A stretch of 64,000 bases of DNA from a virus. Positions 47,172-56,770 of this stretch are shown piece by piece (within the stretch, counting starts at the first letter, position 1; every line of letters starts with the position of its first letter). Under the pieces are notes generated by a model, which saw nothing but the letters and a program-made list of their open reading frames with translations, had not been told where the DNA came from and ran no database searches. The position numbers and the translations under genes were made by a program. Location: IMG/VR virus record IMGVR_UViG_3300017989_000002. One strand, written 5' to 3'.

Positions 47172-49174
47172 TCACCGAAGGTCTGGGGCCCGTACACGCC
47201 GAGGAGATCCGAACCCCCACCGAGGGTGGCCTTGGTCCAGCCATCGCCCACGGAGAGGGGCAGGCTCTGACGCGCCGTCAGGCTGGCGTCGCCCACGACC
47301 AGGAACTGCGAGAGCGGAGTGTCGCCGCCCGTCTCGCCCCACTTGATGCGACGAGCCACCTGACCTGGCGTCGGGGCACCGGTGTCGCTCCAGTTCGCTC
47401 CGTCGTCACCAGAAGCACGCGACCAGGAAGCCAGGGTGTCGCCTCCGACGGCGCACAGCGTCCCGTCAGGAGCAACATCGACGTCGCGGCAGTGCGTGGG
47501 CAGGCCGGTGCCCCGTGCCCCGAACGCGGTGGGTGTCGTTCCGGTGCTCTGCGCCTCGACGACACCAGCCTGGGAGATGATGATCCACTCGCCGCCCCCA
47601 CCGAGGTTGGCGTCGTGCGTGACCGCCCACACAGGAGCGACGGCAGAGTTCATCGTGCACTGGGCCCAAGAGGACAGATCTCCGGTGTTCGCCCAGTAGG
47701 GCCCGTCCGAACCCGTGGCGATGAACGCCTCGACGCCGTCTGTGTCGATCGAGGTGAAGTCGGGGTTGCCGGCCACCGTGGTGCTGTTCCACGACGCTGC
47801 GTTGGCGACCTCGTTGACGGCACACCACGCGACGAGGCCGTTGTCGCCCACGGCCACGACGTAGCCGGAGCCCATCCCGTCATCGAGGACGGCGATGTCG
47901 TTGAACGTGTCTGTCTCACCCAGGAGACCGGACACCACGGACCAGGAGGACAGGTCTCCGCCGGCCGCGGTCTGGGCCACGACACCGTTGATGCCTGCCA
48001 TGACGTAGAGGCCGTAGTCCCCGCCCCCGCTGGGGACGTGGTCGGCGGCGCGCATGCTGTCTATGCCTATGCCGGACGCCGAGAAGGCGACTCCGTCCTC
48101 GGAGAAGAACGTCTCGGTCACGTCGGAGCGTGGGACGAGCCACACAGTACCCGCGATGCCACCGCCGCCATCGCCCCCGTCGCCGCCATCACCGCCTCCG
48201 GCGAACTGCGACAAGTAGGCGAACAGCGCGGCCTGGTTCGTCTCGTCCAAGGTGCGCGACTGCGAAGAGAGTCTCCCCATGCCGTCATACTCGAAGGACA
48301 CGTCCGTCGAGTAGATGAGGCGTTCGGCGTCGCGGTCGTCAGCCGCTGTCGCGTCCATGTACGTGTCCAGGCGGCCCGACGTGGGGTTGCCGTCGGCGGC
48401 GAAGGAGGTGTACTCGTAGACGCCGTTGGTCCCGGAGAACAGCTGGAGCATGAGGGCGAAGACCCCGATGAAGTCACCATCATCACCGCCTCCGCCGCTG
48501 CTGCTGCTGCTGCCGTCTCCGTTCATCGACCAGACGTGGGTGAGGCCCGTGTCGGCCGTGAGGCGGATCGAGACGTAGTGGTGGCGTGCTCCGCCCAGAT
48601 CTCCTGCGCCGCCGTTGTTGTTGTCCAGCCGGAAGCTGTACATGCCGGGGAAGGCGGCCCCGATCTCACCCCAGCTGACTGCGGTGGGGTCGATGGACCT
48701 GGTGATCTGGGCCGACATCTCGCCCAGACCGAGCCACTCGAGGGTCTCCAAGTCTCCGTCTGTGACTCCGGTCAGGGGCTCGCCGTCGCGGCCCTCGAGG
48801 TAGACGTAGCAGGTGTAGTGCCCCTCCGCGCTACCCGCGTCGAAGATGCCCCGAGGCTCTCCACGGGGATGCGCCCAGCGCACCATCGGTCCGAGGTTGT
48901 GGTCCGTGAGCAAGATCTGGAACGTGGTGTACCGCTCGGCAGCCGGGATGCCCGTCGACCCGCCCGGATCGTTGTCGATGACGTAGACGGCGTCGGCATC
49001 GAGGTCGGCGGGGACCTCGAACGTGTAGATGCCGTTCCCGACCTCGGCGACGACGGGAGCGGAGGGCGCGGGCGGGTTGCCGTCCGACTTGACCCACAGG
49101 TAGGACCCAGGAGACTGGCCCGTGGCGGGGGTCCCTGCGTTGGTCACCATGTAGAACTTGCGGCGTGAGCTCAC
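47168..49174 (-). CDS. Putative receptor-binding/tail protein with C-terminal beta-propeller
   Basis: Ig-like N-terminus, Gly/Ser linkers, VAVGDNG / S.DG..W repeats. Confidence 0.65.
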   Translation of the reverse strand: MSSRRKFYMVTNAGTPATGQSPGSYLWVKSDGNPPAPSAPVVAEVGNGIYTFEVPADLDADAVYVIDNDPGGSTGIPAAERYTTFQILLTDHNLGPMVRWAHPRGEPRGIFDAGSAEGHYTCYVYLEGRDGEPLTGVTDGDLETLEWLGLGEMSAQITRSIDPTAVSWGEIGAAFPGMYSFRLDNNNGGAGDLGGARHHYVSIRLTADTGLTHVWSMNGDGSSSSSGGGGDDGDFIGVFALMLQLFSGTNGVYEYTSFAADGNPTSGRLDTYMDATAADDRDAERLIYSTDVSFEYDGMGRLSSQSRTLDETNQAALFAYLSQFAGGGDGGDGGDGGGGIAGTVWLVPRSDVTETFFSEDGVAFSASGIGIDSMRAADHVPSGGGDYGLYVMAGINGVVAQTAAGGDLSSWSVVSGLLGETDTFNDIAVLDDGMGSGYVVAVGDNGLVAWCAVNEVANAASWNSTTVAGNPDFTSIDTDGVEAFIATGSDGPYWANTGDLSSWAQCTMNSAVAPVWAVTHDANLGGGGEWIIISQAGVVEAQSTGTTPTAFGARGTGLPTHCRDVDVAPDGTLCAVGGDTLASWSRASGDDGANWSDTGAPTPGQVARRIKWGETGGDTPLSQFLVVGDASLTARQSLPLSVGDGWTKATLGGGSDLLGVYGPQTFGE

Positions 49175-49205
49175 GAGACGACCCTCCTGCGCGTTAGGCT
49201 ACCGC

Positions 49206-49427
49206 ATGAACGATAACCGCCCGAGGGGTACCGGCGCCCGCCTACTGGACGTCGGCACTGTACTGAAGCTGGTGGAAGGACGCCAGGGCTTCACCGAAGC
49301 GCGCACCTGTCCTTCCTGCGAGAGGCACCTGTCCCCCCACCCCACCGTGCGTCAGGGAGTGAAGTGGCGGTGCCCGTGGTGCGATGAGGAGACTCCCTCC
49401 GAGGGTCACTCCGAGACCGAGATGTAG
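49206..49427 (+). CDS. Small Zn-ribbon protein (opposite strand, inside the tail module)
   Basis: CPSC...WRCPWC; fills the intergenic gap and overlaps the end of the baseplate J gene by 22 nt. Confidence 0.5.
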   Translation: MNDNRPRGTGARLLDVGTVLKLVEGRQGFTEARTCPSCERHLSPHPTVRQGVKWRCPWCDEETPSEGHSETEM

Positions 49428-52006
49428 TCCGCGTCGGGCAGGAAGTTGTGCGCCTCGTCGGAACCTACCTCCGTCTCACTGGCCTGCAGGGAGATCGACC
49501 TGTCGTCGTTGTGGCGAAGGACGAGGAGGGGGAGGGGCAGCACGGTGTACGTGGCTCCGGAGGCCGACAAGACGTCCACCAGGTCGCTGCCCTGGAGGGG
49601 GTCGCCCGACGACAGGCCGAGAAGATGCTGCTCGAGGTCGCTCTGCCCCTGCTCCGGAGCGTCCGACACGATGTCCAGCCGGACGTAGGAGGGCAGGAAG
49701 TGGCGTAGGAGGAGGTCTTCGCCTACGGGCGCGTTCTCGTCGTCCTCCACGAACTCCTGCGCCTCAGCGATGTAGGCCGCCGAGGCGTAGGTGATGCGGA
49801 CCGCGAACGACGCCTCGTCGTCGATCAGGTACGTGTCGTCGTCGGGCCATGCCGAGAACGACAGGTAGGGCGTGTCCCTCGACGAGAAGGACTCGTGCTG
49901 CGAGGGCGACCGAAGCTGCCACCCATCAGCCGAGATACCTTCCAAGTCGAGGTAGACCCCCCGGTCGAGGTTGCCTCCGGCGCCGACGGCTGTCGCCTCG
50001 ACGTGGAGGTCGATGTAGGCCAGGCCGTTCGAGTCCACGAGGGCGTCCCCGCTGAGGACCCCCGGGCAGATGACCACGTCCTCGAAGGCGGGCGTCGCGG
50101 CAGCGAACCAGTCGCCCCCCTCCTCACGCACGGTGAGGTGGGTGTTGCCTCCGGTCTCGGCGACGTTGGTGATGGCGTAGGTGCCCAGGAACGCGCTACC
50201 CAAGAGCCTGTCGCCTGCCTGGATGCGGTCGGCGTACTCGCCGGACACCACGATGCGGAGGGTCCCGCCTCCGACGTCCTGCACCTGGGCTGTCACGTTG
50301 ACGTAGCCGCGCGTCTCCTCGACCGCGTCGTAGTCCTTGACGGCGTAGGACCAGGAGCCCAGGGTGAAGCGCGCGTCCGGCGTCGCGTAGGCCGAGCACG
50401 GGTCCAAGAAGTAGACGCGCACCACACCCGCTGCCTTGGAGGCGGCGCCTCCCCCCTCGAGGTCTTCCACGACACGGCAACCCACCGCCCGGGCGTGAGG
50501 GAACACGATGCCGGTCGGTGCGAGGGTCGTCGAGTTGAGCAGCTCGATCTGCCGGATGCGCAGAAGCGGGAGCGGCACGTTCGAGCGGGCGATGTTGGAG
50601 GAGGCGAGGACCGAGACCCCGCCCTCGACCAGAGGCTCCTTGCTCGAAGACCCGGGGAGTGCGGCGAGCGGCTCGTCGTCGCTCGAGAAGGCGGCCTCCC
50701 CCTCGACCTCACCGACCAGGTCGTAGAGGGGGATGGACATGCGCTCGCTGTCGCGTCGCGTGATCTCGTAGGTGCGCGAGTACATGCCGCCGGGCAGGGG
50801 GTCCCCGGAGAGGTCGAGGGAGTAGGCGCCGACCGTGGAGATCTGCCGCTCCTCGCTGCCCACCCGCAGCCAGTCTCCTGCCTTCACGCCGTTGACGACG
50901 TAGTTGCCGGTGGCGTCCTCCCACAGGCTGGTGTCGGGGCCGCCGGCGGTGAACCCGCGGTCCGACCGCCACACGCGGTACCCCACGTCACGGAGGTCCT
51001 TGATGTCCAGCGAAGACAGGACGGGCTCCCCGCGGCGCAGGTAGACGTCGGTGTGGCCTCCGAGGTGCAGGGACTGCCCTCCCGTGAGGTCTGGGCTCGT
51101 CTTCCCCCGCACACCCCCCGGGATGCCGGACAAGGAGGTGGGTCCCCGCAGAAGGTCGCGCTGCATGAGGGGGTGCCCGGAGTCGACGACCCGGAGGTCG
51201 TCGTAGGTGCCCAGGGACTCGGGCAACGTCACTCGGACGCCTCGCGTCGTCGTCAGGGTGCGCTGCGTGATGGAGTCCTGCGCGCGCTCGACGCCCTCGG
51301 CCTTCGTCTCGTCGTCCTGCACGACCTCGGCCGAGACGAGGTTGGTGACGCGCACCACGCCCGCGATGCCGTCGACGCCGATGATGGCGCCCGCCTCGAC
51401 GACGTACTCGCTGCCTGCTCCGTCGGCACGCACGGTCACGTCGACGAAGTACTGCCCGTTCTCGACCTGGAAGGACATCTCGGCCTGAGAGATGGACTGC
51501 GTGGTCGTCGGGTAGAAGCTCAGCCCGCCTCCGGTGAAGAAGCGCGTCGAGGGCGTGAAGGTCCGGGACTGCGCGGCGGAGAAGTAGACGCGGACGGGGA
51601 GCTGCACCGTCCCACCGTCCCGCAGCGTGATGAAGAAGTCCGAGAGGCGGGCACTCAGCTCGGCCCTCGTCATCAACTCGTAGTCCTCGAGCGCGCGCGT
51701 TGCGCGATTCTCGCTCGCCTCCCTGCGCCACGCCTTCACCACCACGGCCAGGGGCCGGATGAGGAGCTGCCGAAGGTCGGAGACAGGGCTGGTGTCGAGC
51801 TCGTCCCCGAACTCCGCATCCAGGACCGCGGCCACGAACTCCTCGGCATCCCCCGACAGGGGGTCCGGCCCGACGCGTGTCAGGAGCGGCCTCATGACCG
51901 AGGAGTAGAAGGCCGAGTCGCGCCCGGTGTCGATGTCGGGGTCGTAGGACGCCATGAGCTCACGGAACAGCGTGAGCAGCGTGTCGTCGATGAGGTTGAT
52001 CGCCAT
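49406..52006 (-). CDS. Baseplate J-like protein
   Basis: LLIRP, VRVYFS, FFTGGGLSF, VRADGAGSEY, RVTN....DETK...R..SITQR, GGHTDVY. Confidence 0.85.
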   Translation of the reverse strand: MAINLIDDTLLTLFRELMASYDPDIDTGRDSAFYSSVMRPLLTRVGPDPLSGDAEEFVAAVLDAEFGDELDTSPVSDLRQLLIRPLAVVVKAWRREASENRATRALEDYELMTRAELSARLSDFFITLRDGGTVQLPVRVYFSAAQSRTFTPSTRFFTGGGLSFYPTTTQSISQAEMSFQVENGQYFVDVTVRADGAGSEYVVEAGAIIGVDGIAGVVRVTNLVSAEVVQDDETKAEGVERAQDSITQRTLTTTRGVRVTLPESLGTYDDLRVVDSGHPLMQRDLLRGPTSLSGIPGGVRGKTSPDLTGGQSLHLGGHTDVYLRRGEPVLSSLDIKDLRDVGYRVWRSDRGFTAGGPDTSLWEDATGNYVVNGVKAGDWLRVGSEERQISTVGAYSLDLSGDPLPGGMYSRTYEITRRDSERMSIPLYDLVGEVEGEAAFSSDDEPLAALPGSSSKEPLVEGGVSVLASSNIARSNVPLPLLRIRQIELLNSTTLAPTGIVFPHARAVGCRVVEDLEGGGAASKAAGVVRVYFLDPCSAYATPDARFTLGSWSYAVKDYDAVEETRGYVNVTAQVQDVGGGTLRIVVSGEYADRIQAGDRLLGSAFLGTYAITNVAETGGNTHLTVREEGGDWFAAATPAFEDVVICPGVLSGDALVDSNGLAYIDLHVEATAVGAGGNLDRGVYLDLEGISADGWQLRSPSQHESFSSRDTPYLSFSAWPDDDTYLIDDEASFAVRITYASAAYIAEAQEFVEDDENAPVGEDLLLRHFLPSYVRLDIVSDAPEQGQSDLEQHLLGLSSGDPLQGSDLVDVLSASGATYTVLPLPLLVLRHNDDRSISLQASETEVGSDEAHNFLPDADYISVSE

Positions 52007-52662
52007 CAGAGCACCACGGGAACTTGGTAGGAGCCGCCGGAGTAGTCCTTGAGTCGGACCAGCGCGACGGCCTGATTGTCTTCGTAGAGGATGCCCTCGA
52101 AGGAGAAGGAGCGCAGCCTCTCGTTGGCCGGGATCTTCTGTCCGCGCTGCCTGGAGGTGAAGTACGCCTGCGTGGCGTCCACGGCCTGGGCGACCGCCGC
52201 CGCGGGGTCTGTGCCGTTGGAGATGCTGTTCGTGATCTCCTCACCGAGCCCGCCTCCGCTCGACCGGTCGAACTTGTTGGACCTCGGCCCAGACAGCATC
52301 ACCCGAACAACCTGCTGGATGAGCTTCTGGAGCCCGCTCTGTGCCCGGGGGCGGCGGGTGATGGCGTGGATGAGCCGGACCCGGTGCCTGCCCGTGGCGA
52401 ACGAGCCGTAGACCACGAAGACCATGTTCGTGAGCGGCGCATCGTCCAGCGTGGACGGGAGGCGCAGCAAGACCTCGTAGTCGTTGACGATGGTGAAGTC
52501 GTCGATCCCGAGGTCGTTGACGAGGACGCGCGTTGCTGCTCCGAGGCCTCCACCGCTGGCCTCGAGCAGCAACGTCCGGGGCTCGCCGGAGAAGGTCTCC
52601 ACCTCGGAAGCACCGGTGACCGTGAAGTCGTCCACCAGTTGCATGGTCTGCAAGTCCCTCAT
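52006..52662 (-). CDS. gp25/GPW-like baseplate wedge protein with Ig/TIG-like N-terminus
   Basis: GLQKLIQQVVRVMLSGP....GGGL...ERL; immediately upstream of baseplate J. Confidence 0.7.
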   Translation of the reverse strand: MRDLQTMQLVDDFTVTGASEVETFSGEPRTLLLEASGGGLGAATRVLVNDLGIDDFTIVNDYEVLLRLPSTLDDAPLTNMVFVVYGSFATGRHRVRLIHAITRRPRAQSGLQKLIQQVVRVMLSGPRSNKFDRSSGGGLGEEITNSISNGTDPAAAVAQAVDATQAYFTSRQRGQKIPANERLRSFSFEGILYEDNQAVALVRLKDYSGGSYQVPVVL

Positions 52663-55600
52663 CCCACCTCCGTGAACTCGTCAGGGTGGTCGATGATGTA
52701 CTGCAGAGCTGCCTTGGCGCCCTCGATGTCTCTGTTGATGCGGTCCACCTTCGACCCGGTCTGTGCCAGCCAAGGCAGCGTGTCGTCTTGCTCCGACACC
52801 GCGTCCGTGACCGGCGTGCCCACCAACTCGTACACCGCCCGGTTCCTCTCGTCTTCCGGACTCACCTCGGACACCCTCTTGGCGTGCTCGTCTGCGCCCA
52901 GCCGGAGAGCGGCCTGGCCCATGCCCGCATGCGCGCCCCCCAGGGCCCCCAGCGCGGCCGCTCCGTCGCCGCGGGCCAGGTTCCCGTCTCCAGGACGCCC
53001 CCGGCCGGCGCTGTCGACGGAGCCGCCTGCCGAGCGGAGGGCGGAGGCTGCGTTGCCCAAGTACGAGGCTGCCTCTCTCGACAGCGAAGACAGGCCCGGG
53101 AGGTTGCCGCTGCGGAGGGTGTCGGAGGCCCGGTCGAGCCCGGACTCCACCAAGAGAGCAAGAGCCGCGCGTACGGACTCCGACGGCGCTACCTCGTACT
53201 GGTCCAGGAGAGCCGCGATCTCCCGAAGCCGGGAGTCGATGACGCTCGTGCGGTACAGGGCCTCGCTGATGGAGGTCCGCTCCATCGCCCAGGATGCCAC
53301 GACCAGAGCGACGTCCACCTCGGGGGTGATGGAGACGCGGTCGCTGTCCACCTGCGTGATGTAGTGGCGGCTGCGCGCGCCGCCGGCGTGCGTGAGGGTG
53401 ATGAGCTCGCCGTACCGCGCACCAGCGAGCTCGACGTCGACGTCGAGCTCCAGTAGGGGCGTGAGGTCGTCGTCGTCGCCGTCGTTGCGCACAACGACAG
53501 GACCGCCAGAGGCCACGGAGTCCCCTTCCTCTCCTCCGTCCTGGAAGGCGCGCGCCAAGAAGGCGGAGAGCTGGGTGAGGTCGCTGCCCGGGACAGGCAG
53601 GGCCTCAAGCTGGTGGTCGAAGAGAAGCCAGCGACCGTACTCGTTGCTACCGCCCCGGGTCACAACGGCCAGGGCGCCTGCCACGCCGGCGGGGATGACT
53701 TCCGTGAGGCTCACCTCGGTGTAGCCACCTGTGGGGTCCTCGGACACGACTGCGCGGGTTGCCGGAACAGTCCAGAGCGTCAGGAGGTCCCCCTCCTCGG
53801 CCCCTACCGCAGCCCCGGGAAGCCGCAGTTCCGTCGTGCGGCCCTCCACCTCGGCCCACACCTCGTAGGGCACCCGTGACCGCCCCACGTTGAACTTGGT
53901 CCGGACCGTCAAGGTGTCGTTCACGCCGTCGCCGTCCAGGTCGATGACCTCAAGGACAGGGACCTTGTAGGTCGGCGTGGAGTTGATCTTGAGCAGCGTC
54001 CCCACGAGCTCCTGCCCGAAGCCTCCGACGGCGTCGTACTCGAGAGCACCGTCTTCGTCGGTCAGGCGGTCCGACACGTCGGAGCTTGTCGGCTCCACGA
54101 TGAAGTAGTCGAGGTCGATGCCGACGGCGGGCGGGACCGGGCGGGACAGGCGCAGCCTGCCGTCCACGATCTGGTCGATGGGGTACCGGACGCCCTCGTA
54201 GAGGAGCTCGTGCCGGGGGTAGACCGGGTCGTACAGGGCGTAGGGGATGCCGGACACTCCCTGGGGGATGCGCCCGGATACGCGCACCTCGCTCGCCCCG
54301 TAGATCTCGAGGACCTGCACCCTCTGCTCGTTGGCCTCCCCCGGCCAGAGCGCCAAGGTCGTGCCGAGGGGTAGGCCATCGAACGGGCTGTTGGCGAAGT
54401 CGGAGAACCTGTCCGTCCAGTCCCCGGCGCGCACGCTCCACTCCAGCAGAGGCGCGTCATCGTAGGGGACGCCTGCACGCAGGTCGAGGGCAGTGCTGCG
54501 GCCCGGCGTGGGCCTCGACCATGGCACGTCCGACCCCGCCACGCGGAGGGCCACGGGGTAGCCGTTGACCACCGGAGGGAGGAGGGACAGGTCGATGCCG
54601 TCGTCCTGGTCGAAGGACTGGGACACTGCATCGTCCCGGTAGGTGAGCCACTCGTGTCCCGAGACGAAGTCCGTCTGGACCCAGGATGAGGTGAGGCGCA
54701 GCCTGGTCTGGCTCAAGACCTCGTCCACCGCGTGAGGGGAGCCGTCGAGGTACACGACGTCACCCGCGGTGATGCCATCCGACAAGAACGCGGCGTCCGT
54801 GTCTACGACCTCGTCGTCGGGCAGAAGGACTCGCCACCCCATCCCTGTCTCGTGCAGCAGCGTAGAGTCCAGCCGGACTGCATCGTCCGACAGAACCTCC
54901 ACCACCGAGTAGAGCCCGTCGTTGGATGCTGTCCCGTAGATCTCGACGACAGACCCCACCTGCACATTCGCCGTGAGGAAGCCCGCGCCGGGCTGCGAGA
55001 GAACCCTGTCGTTCGACGGCCACCGCACGATGCGCCAGTTGGGGTACACGTCCACCGTGAACGGGGGGTCCACGACAAGGTAGTCCTCCGAGAGGGCGTA
55101 CTGGATGGTGAGGACGGTCGACGCCCCGTCCCCAAGCTCCAGGTCCCATCCCGGAGCAACGCCATCGGTGATGAAGGACGCTCCGAGGTAGGTGAAGTAG
55201 TAGCCGGGGATGATCAGAGCGCCGTCCGGCGGTCCCGACAAGAACCACGGGTCACCCTCCCCTGCGGCGCCGGCAAGCAGCACACGCGTCGCGCCGCTGC
55301 CCGAGGCCTCGACGGTGCGGGGGTAGAAGCCCTTCGTGCCTGACGAGATGACCGACGAGGCCGTCTGCCCATCCTCGTACTTGACCCAGAAGTCGACGTT
55401 GGGGTCCTCGAAGTACGTCCCGGCGGGCTCCCTCGTCACGAACCACTTCGTGTCGGCGATGTTCTTCGAGATCTCGGGCACCACGCGCAGGTGGTCGACC
55501 GTGGTCGCAGGGTCCGAGACGACGCGGTGCGTGACGCCTGTGGCGTAGAGGAACAGGCTGTCGCCCACGCTCAGCCCGAGCACAGACCAGTCCGGCGTGG

Positions 55601-56558
55601 ACGTGTCCTGGAACTTGGGGGTGGTCAGGTCGCCGTCGAGGTCGTCTTGAGCAAAGCCCTGCGTACCCAAGACGAGCGGGTCCACGTAGACCCGACCGTT
55701 GAATCCTGCCAGGACTGCCGCAGGAGGCGCTACGGCGGCAAGGCCCGTCGCCGCCTTGAAGGCCCGCTCCGTGTAGGCGTCGTCGCGAGGACCAGTCACG
55801 ACCTCGCCCAGAGGTGTCTGCGCGGTCCCGACGGCGCCCATCGCGGCGTAGGCCGCTGCGAGCTCGGTCGCGATGCTCTCCATCCGGGCTGCTTGATCTT
55901 CGTCGTTGAGGAGAGGGACCTCCTGCTCGAGGGCCCGCAGCAAGGTCGCACACGCAGTGCTCACGCGCGCCGAGATGAGCGTCCGGAGGTCGAGGGCAGC
56001 TCCCTCATCCACGCTGGCCCTGACCGATGCCTTCCCGCCCTCCAGGCGGGCGAGGCCGCGCTCCAGGGAGGGGAGAACTCCTCGCAGGAGTGCGCGAGCC
56101 CCCGTGCGAGATCCGCCACTGCGCAGGTTCGGAGCCACAGCGTCTTGCAGGTACTCCTTCACCTGCTGCCTGAAGGCCGACACCTGCTCGTCGGCGTAGG
56201 CCCCCGTCACCAGGTGGGCGTCCAGGCGGCCGAGCGACGCCCTGGCCGAGGACAGGCCCTCGGTGGTCACGATGCGCGTGAGCTCCGGGTTCTCCAGCGC
56301 TCGGATGCCGCCGTCCGACAGCATCGTCTCCGTGAGCGCCAGGACAGACTCGATGTCGGTCCTGAAGCGCGTCGCAGCGAGGTAGGCGAGGTAGAACACG
56401 GCGCGGTCATCGGCGTGCATGGCCGCCAGGACCGTGTTCGACAGCTGGCTGTAGTAGCGGTCGGGCGCCTCGGATGCGTCCGGTCTGCGCGCGAAGTTCG
56501 TGGTCGTCGGGATGACCTTCCCGACTGCATCCACAACATCGTCGCGCTCAATCGCCAA
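52659..56558 (-). CDS. Large tail structural protein with about 10 beta-module repeats
   Basis: TTG start with AGGAGG; helical ends flank repeats of the F-x3-G-V-x2-G-D type. Confidence 0.75.
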   Translation of the reverse strand: MAIERDDVVDAVGKVIPTTTNFARRPDASEAPDRYYSQLSNTVLAAMHADDRAVFYLAYLAATRFRTDIESVLALTETMLSDGGIRALENPELTRIVTTEGLSSARASLGRLDAHLVTGAYADEQVSAFRQQVKEYLQDAVAPNLRSGGSRTGARALLRGVLPSLERGLARLEGGKASVRASVDEGAALDLRTLISARVSTACATLLRALEQEVPLLNDEDQAARMESIATELAAAYAAMGAVGTAQTPLGEVVTGPRDDAYTERAFKAATGLAAVAPPAAVLAGFNGRVYVDPLVLGTQGFAQDDLDGDLTTPKFQDTSTPDWSVLGLSVGDSLFLYATGVTHRVVSDPATTVDHLRVVPEISKNIADTKWFVTREPAGTYFEDPNVDFWVKYEDGQTASSVISSGTKGFYPRTVEASGSGATRVLLAGAAGEGDPWFLSGPPDGALIIPGYYFTYLGASFITDGVAPGWDLELGDGASTVLTIQYALSEDYLVVDPPFTVDVYPNWRIVRWPSNDRVLSQPGAGFLTANVQVGSVVEIYGTASNDGLYSVVEVLSDDAVRLDSTLLHETGMGWRVLLPDDEVVDTDAAFLSDGITAGDVVYLDGSPHAVDEVLSQTRLRLTSSWVQTDFVSGHEWLTYRDDAVSQSFDQDDGIDLSLLPPVVNGYPVALRVAGSDVPWSRPTPGRSTALDLRAGVPYDDAPLLEWSVRAGDWTDRFSDFANSPFDGLPLGTTLALWPGEANEQRVQVLEIYGASEVRVSGRIPQGVSGIPYALYDPVYPRHELLYEGVRYPIDQIVDGRLRLSRPVPPAVGIDLDYFIVEPTSSDVSDRLTDEDGALEYDAVGGFGQELVGTLLKINSTPTYKVPVLEVIDLDGDGVNDTLTVRTKFNVGRSRVPYEVWAEVEGRTTELRLPGAAVGAEEGDLLTLWTVPATRAVVSEDPTGGYTEVSLTEVIPAGVAGALAVVTRGGSNEYGRWLLFDHQLEALPVPGSDLTQLSAFLARAFQDGGEEGDSVASGGPVVVRNDGDDDDLTPLLELDVDVELAGARYGELITLTHAGGARSRHYITQVDSDRVSITPEVDVALVVASWAMERTSISEALYRTSVIDSRLREIAALLDQYEVAPSESVRAALALLVESGLDRASDTLRSGNLPGLSSLSREAASYLGNAASALRSAGGSVDSAGRGRPGDGNLARGDGAAALGALGGAHAGMGQAALRLGADEHAKRVSEVSPEDERNRAVYELVGTPVTDAVSEQDDTLPWLAQTGSKVDRINRDIEGAKAALQYIIDHPDEFTEVG

Positions 56559-56575
56559 GGGCCCCTCCTGCCGGA

Positions 56576-56588
56576 TCTACCCTATCGC
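56576..56588 (-). promoter_or_regulatory. Candidate -10 element GCGATAGGGTAGA
   Basis: Matches 15220-15232. Confidence 0.55.
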
Positions 56589-56594
56589 ACGCCG

Positions 56595-56623
56595 TGAAAC
56601 CGTGCCCTGCGGCGTCGCATAAG
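56595..56623 (+). promoter_or_regulatory. Candidate sigma28-like promoter TGAAA-N13-CGTCGCATAAG
   Basis: Same spacing as 58165-58193; -10 box identical to 18925-18935. Confidence 0.65.
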
Positions 56624-56630
56624 GGCTTGG

Positions 56631-56770
56631 TGGAGAGGGCCCCTCGGCGTCCCCCACCGAGCGGCAGGAGGTTGGTCTCTCTGCCCTCCGAGGTTCTCCA
56701 TTGACCGCGGCCCTGGAGGCCCGAGCGCGCAGCTCGGGCCTCCAGGTGTCGCACCTCGTGCTTCTTCGCT
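56631..56770 (+). ncRNA. Candidate structured small RNA
   Basis: Bounded by the plus-strand promoter motif and the hairpin+CTTCTTCGCT signal. TGGAGAG/TTCTCCA closing stem and inner GGCAG/CTGCC hairpin; no convincing ORF. Confidence 0.45.
56712..56770 (+). terminator. Perfect 15-bp hairpin plus CTTCTTCGCT
   Basis: CCTGGAGGCCCGAGC-gcgca-GCTCGGGCCTCCAGG, 14 nt, CTTCTTCGCT. Confidence 0.7.

Noticed and set aside
48478-48515. Trinucleotide repeat as a phase-variation tract
   Set aside because: In-frame Ser/Gly linker; unit changes would not shift the frame.
56631-56700. tRNA (about 70 nt ending in CCA)
   Set aside because: The CCA is paired in the closing stem, and there is no correctly placed T-loop, D-loop or anticodon arm.
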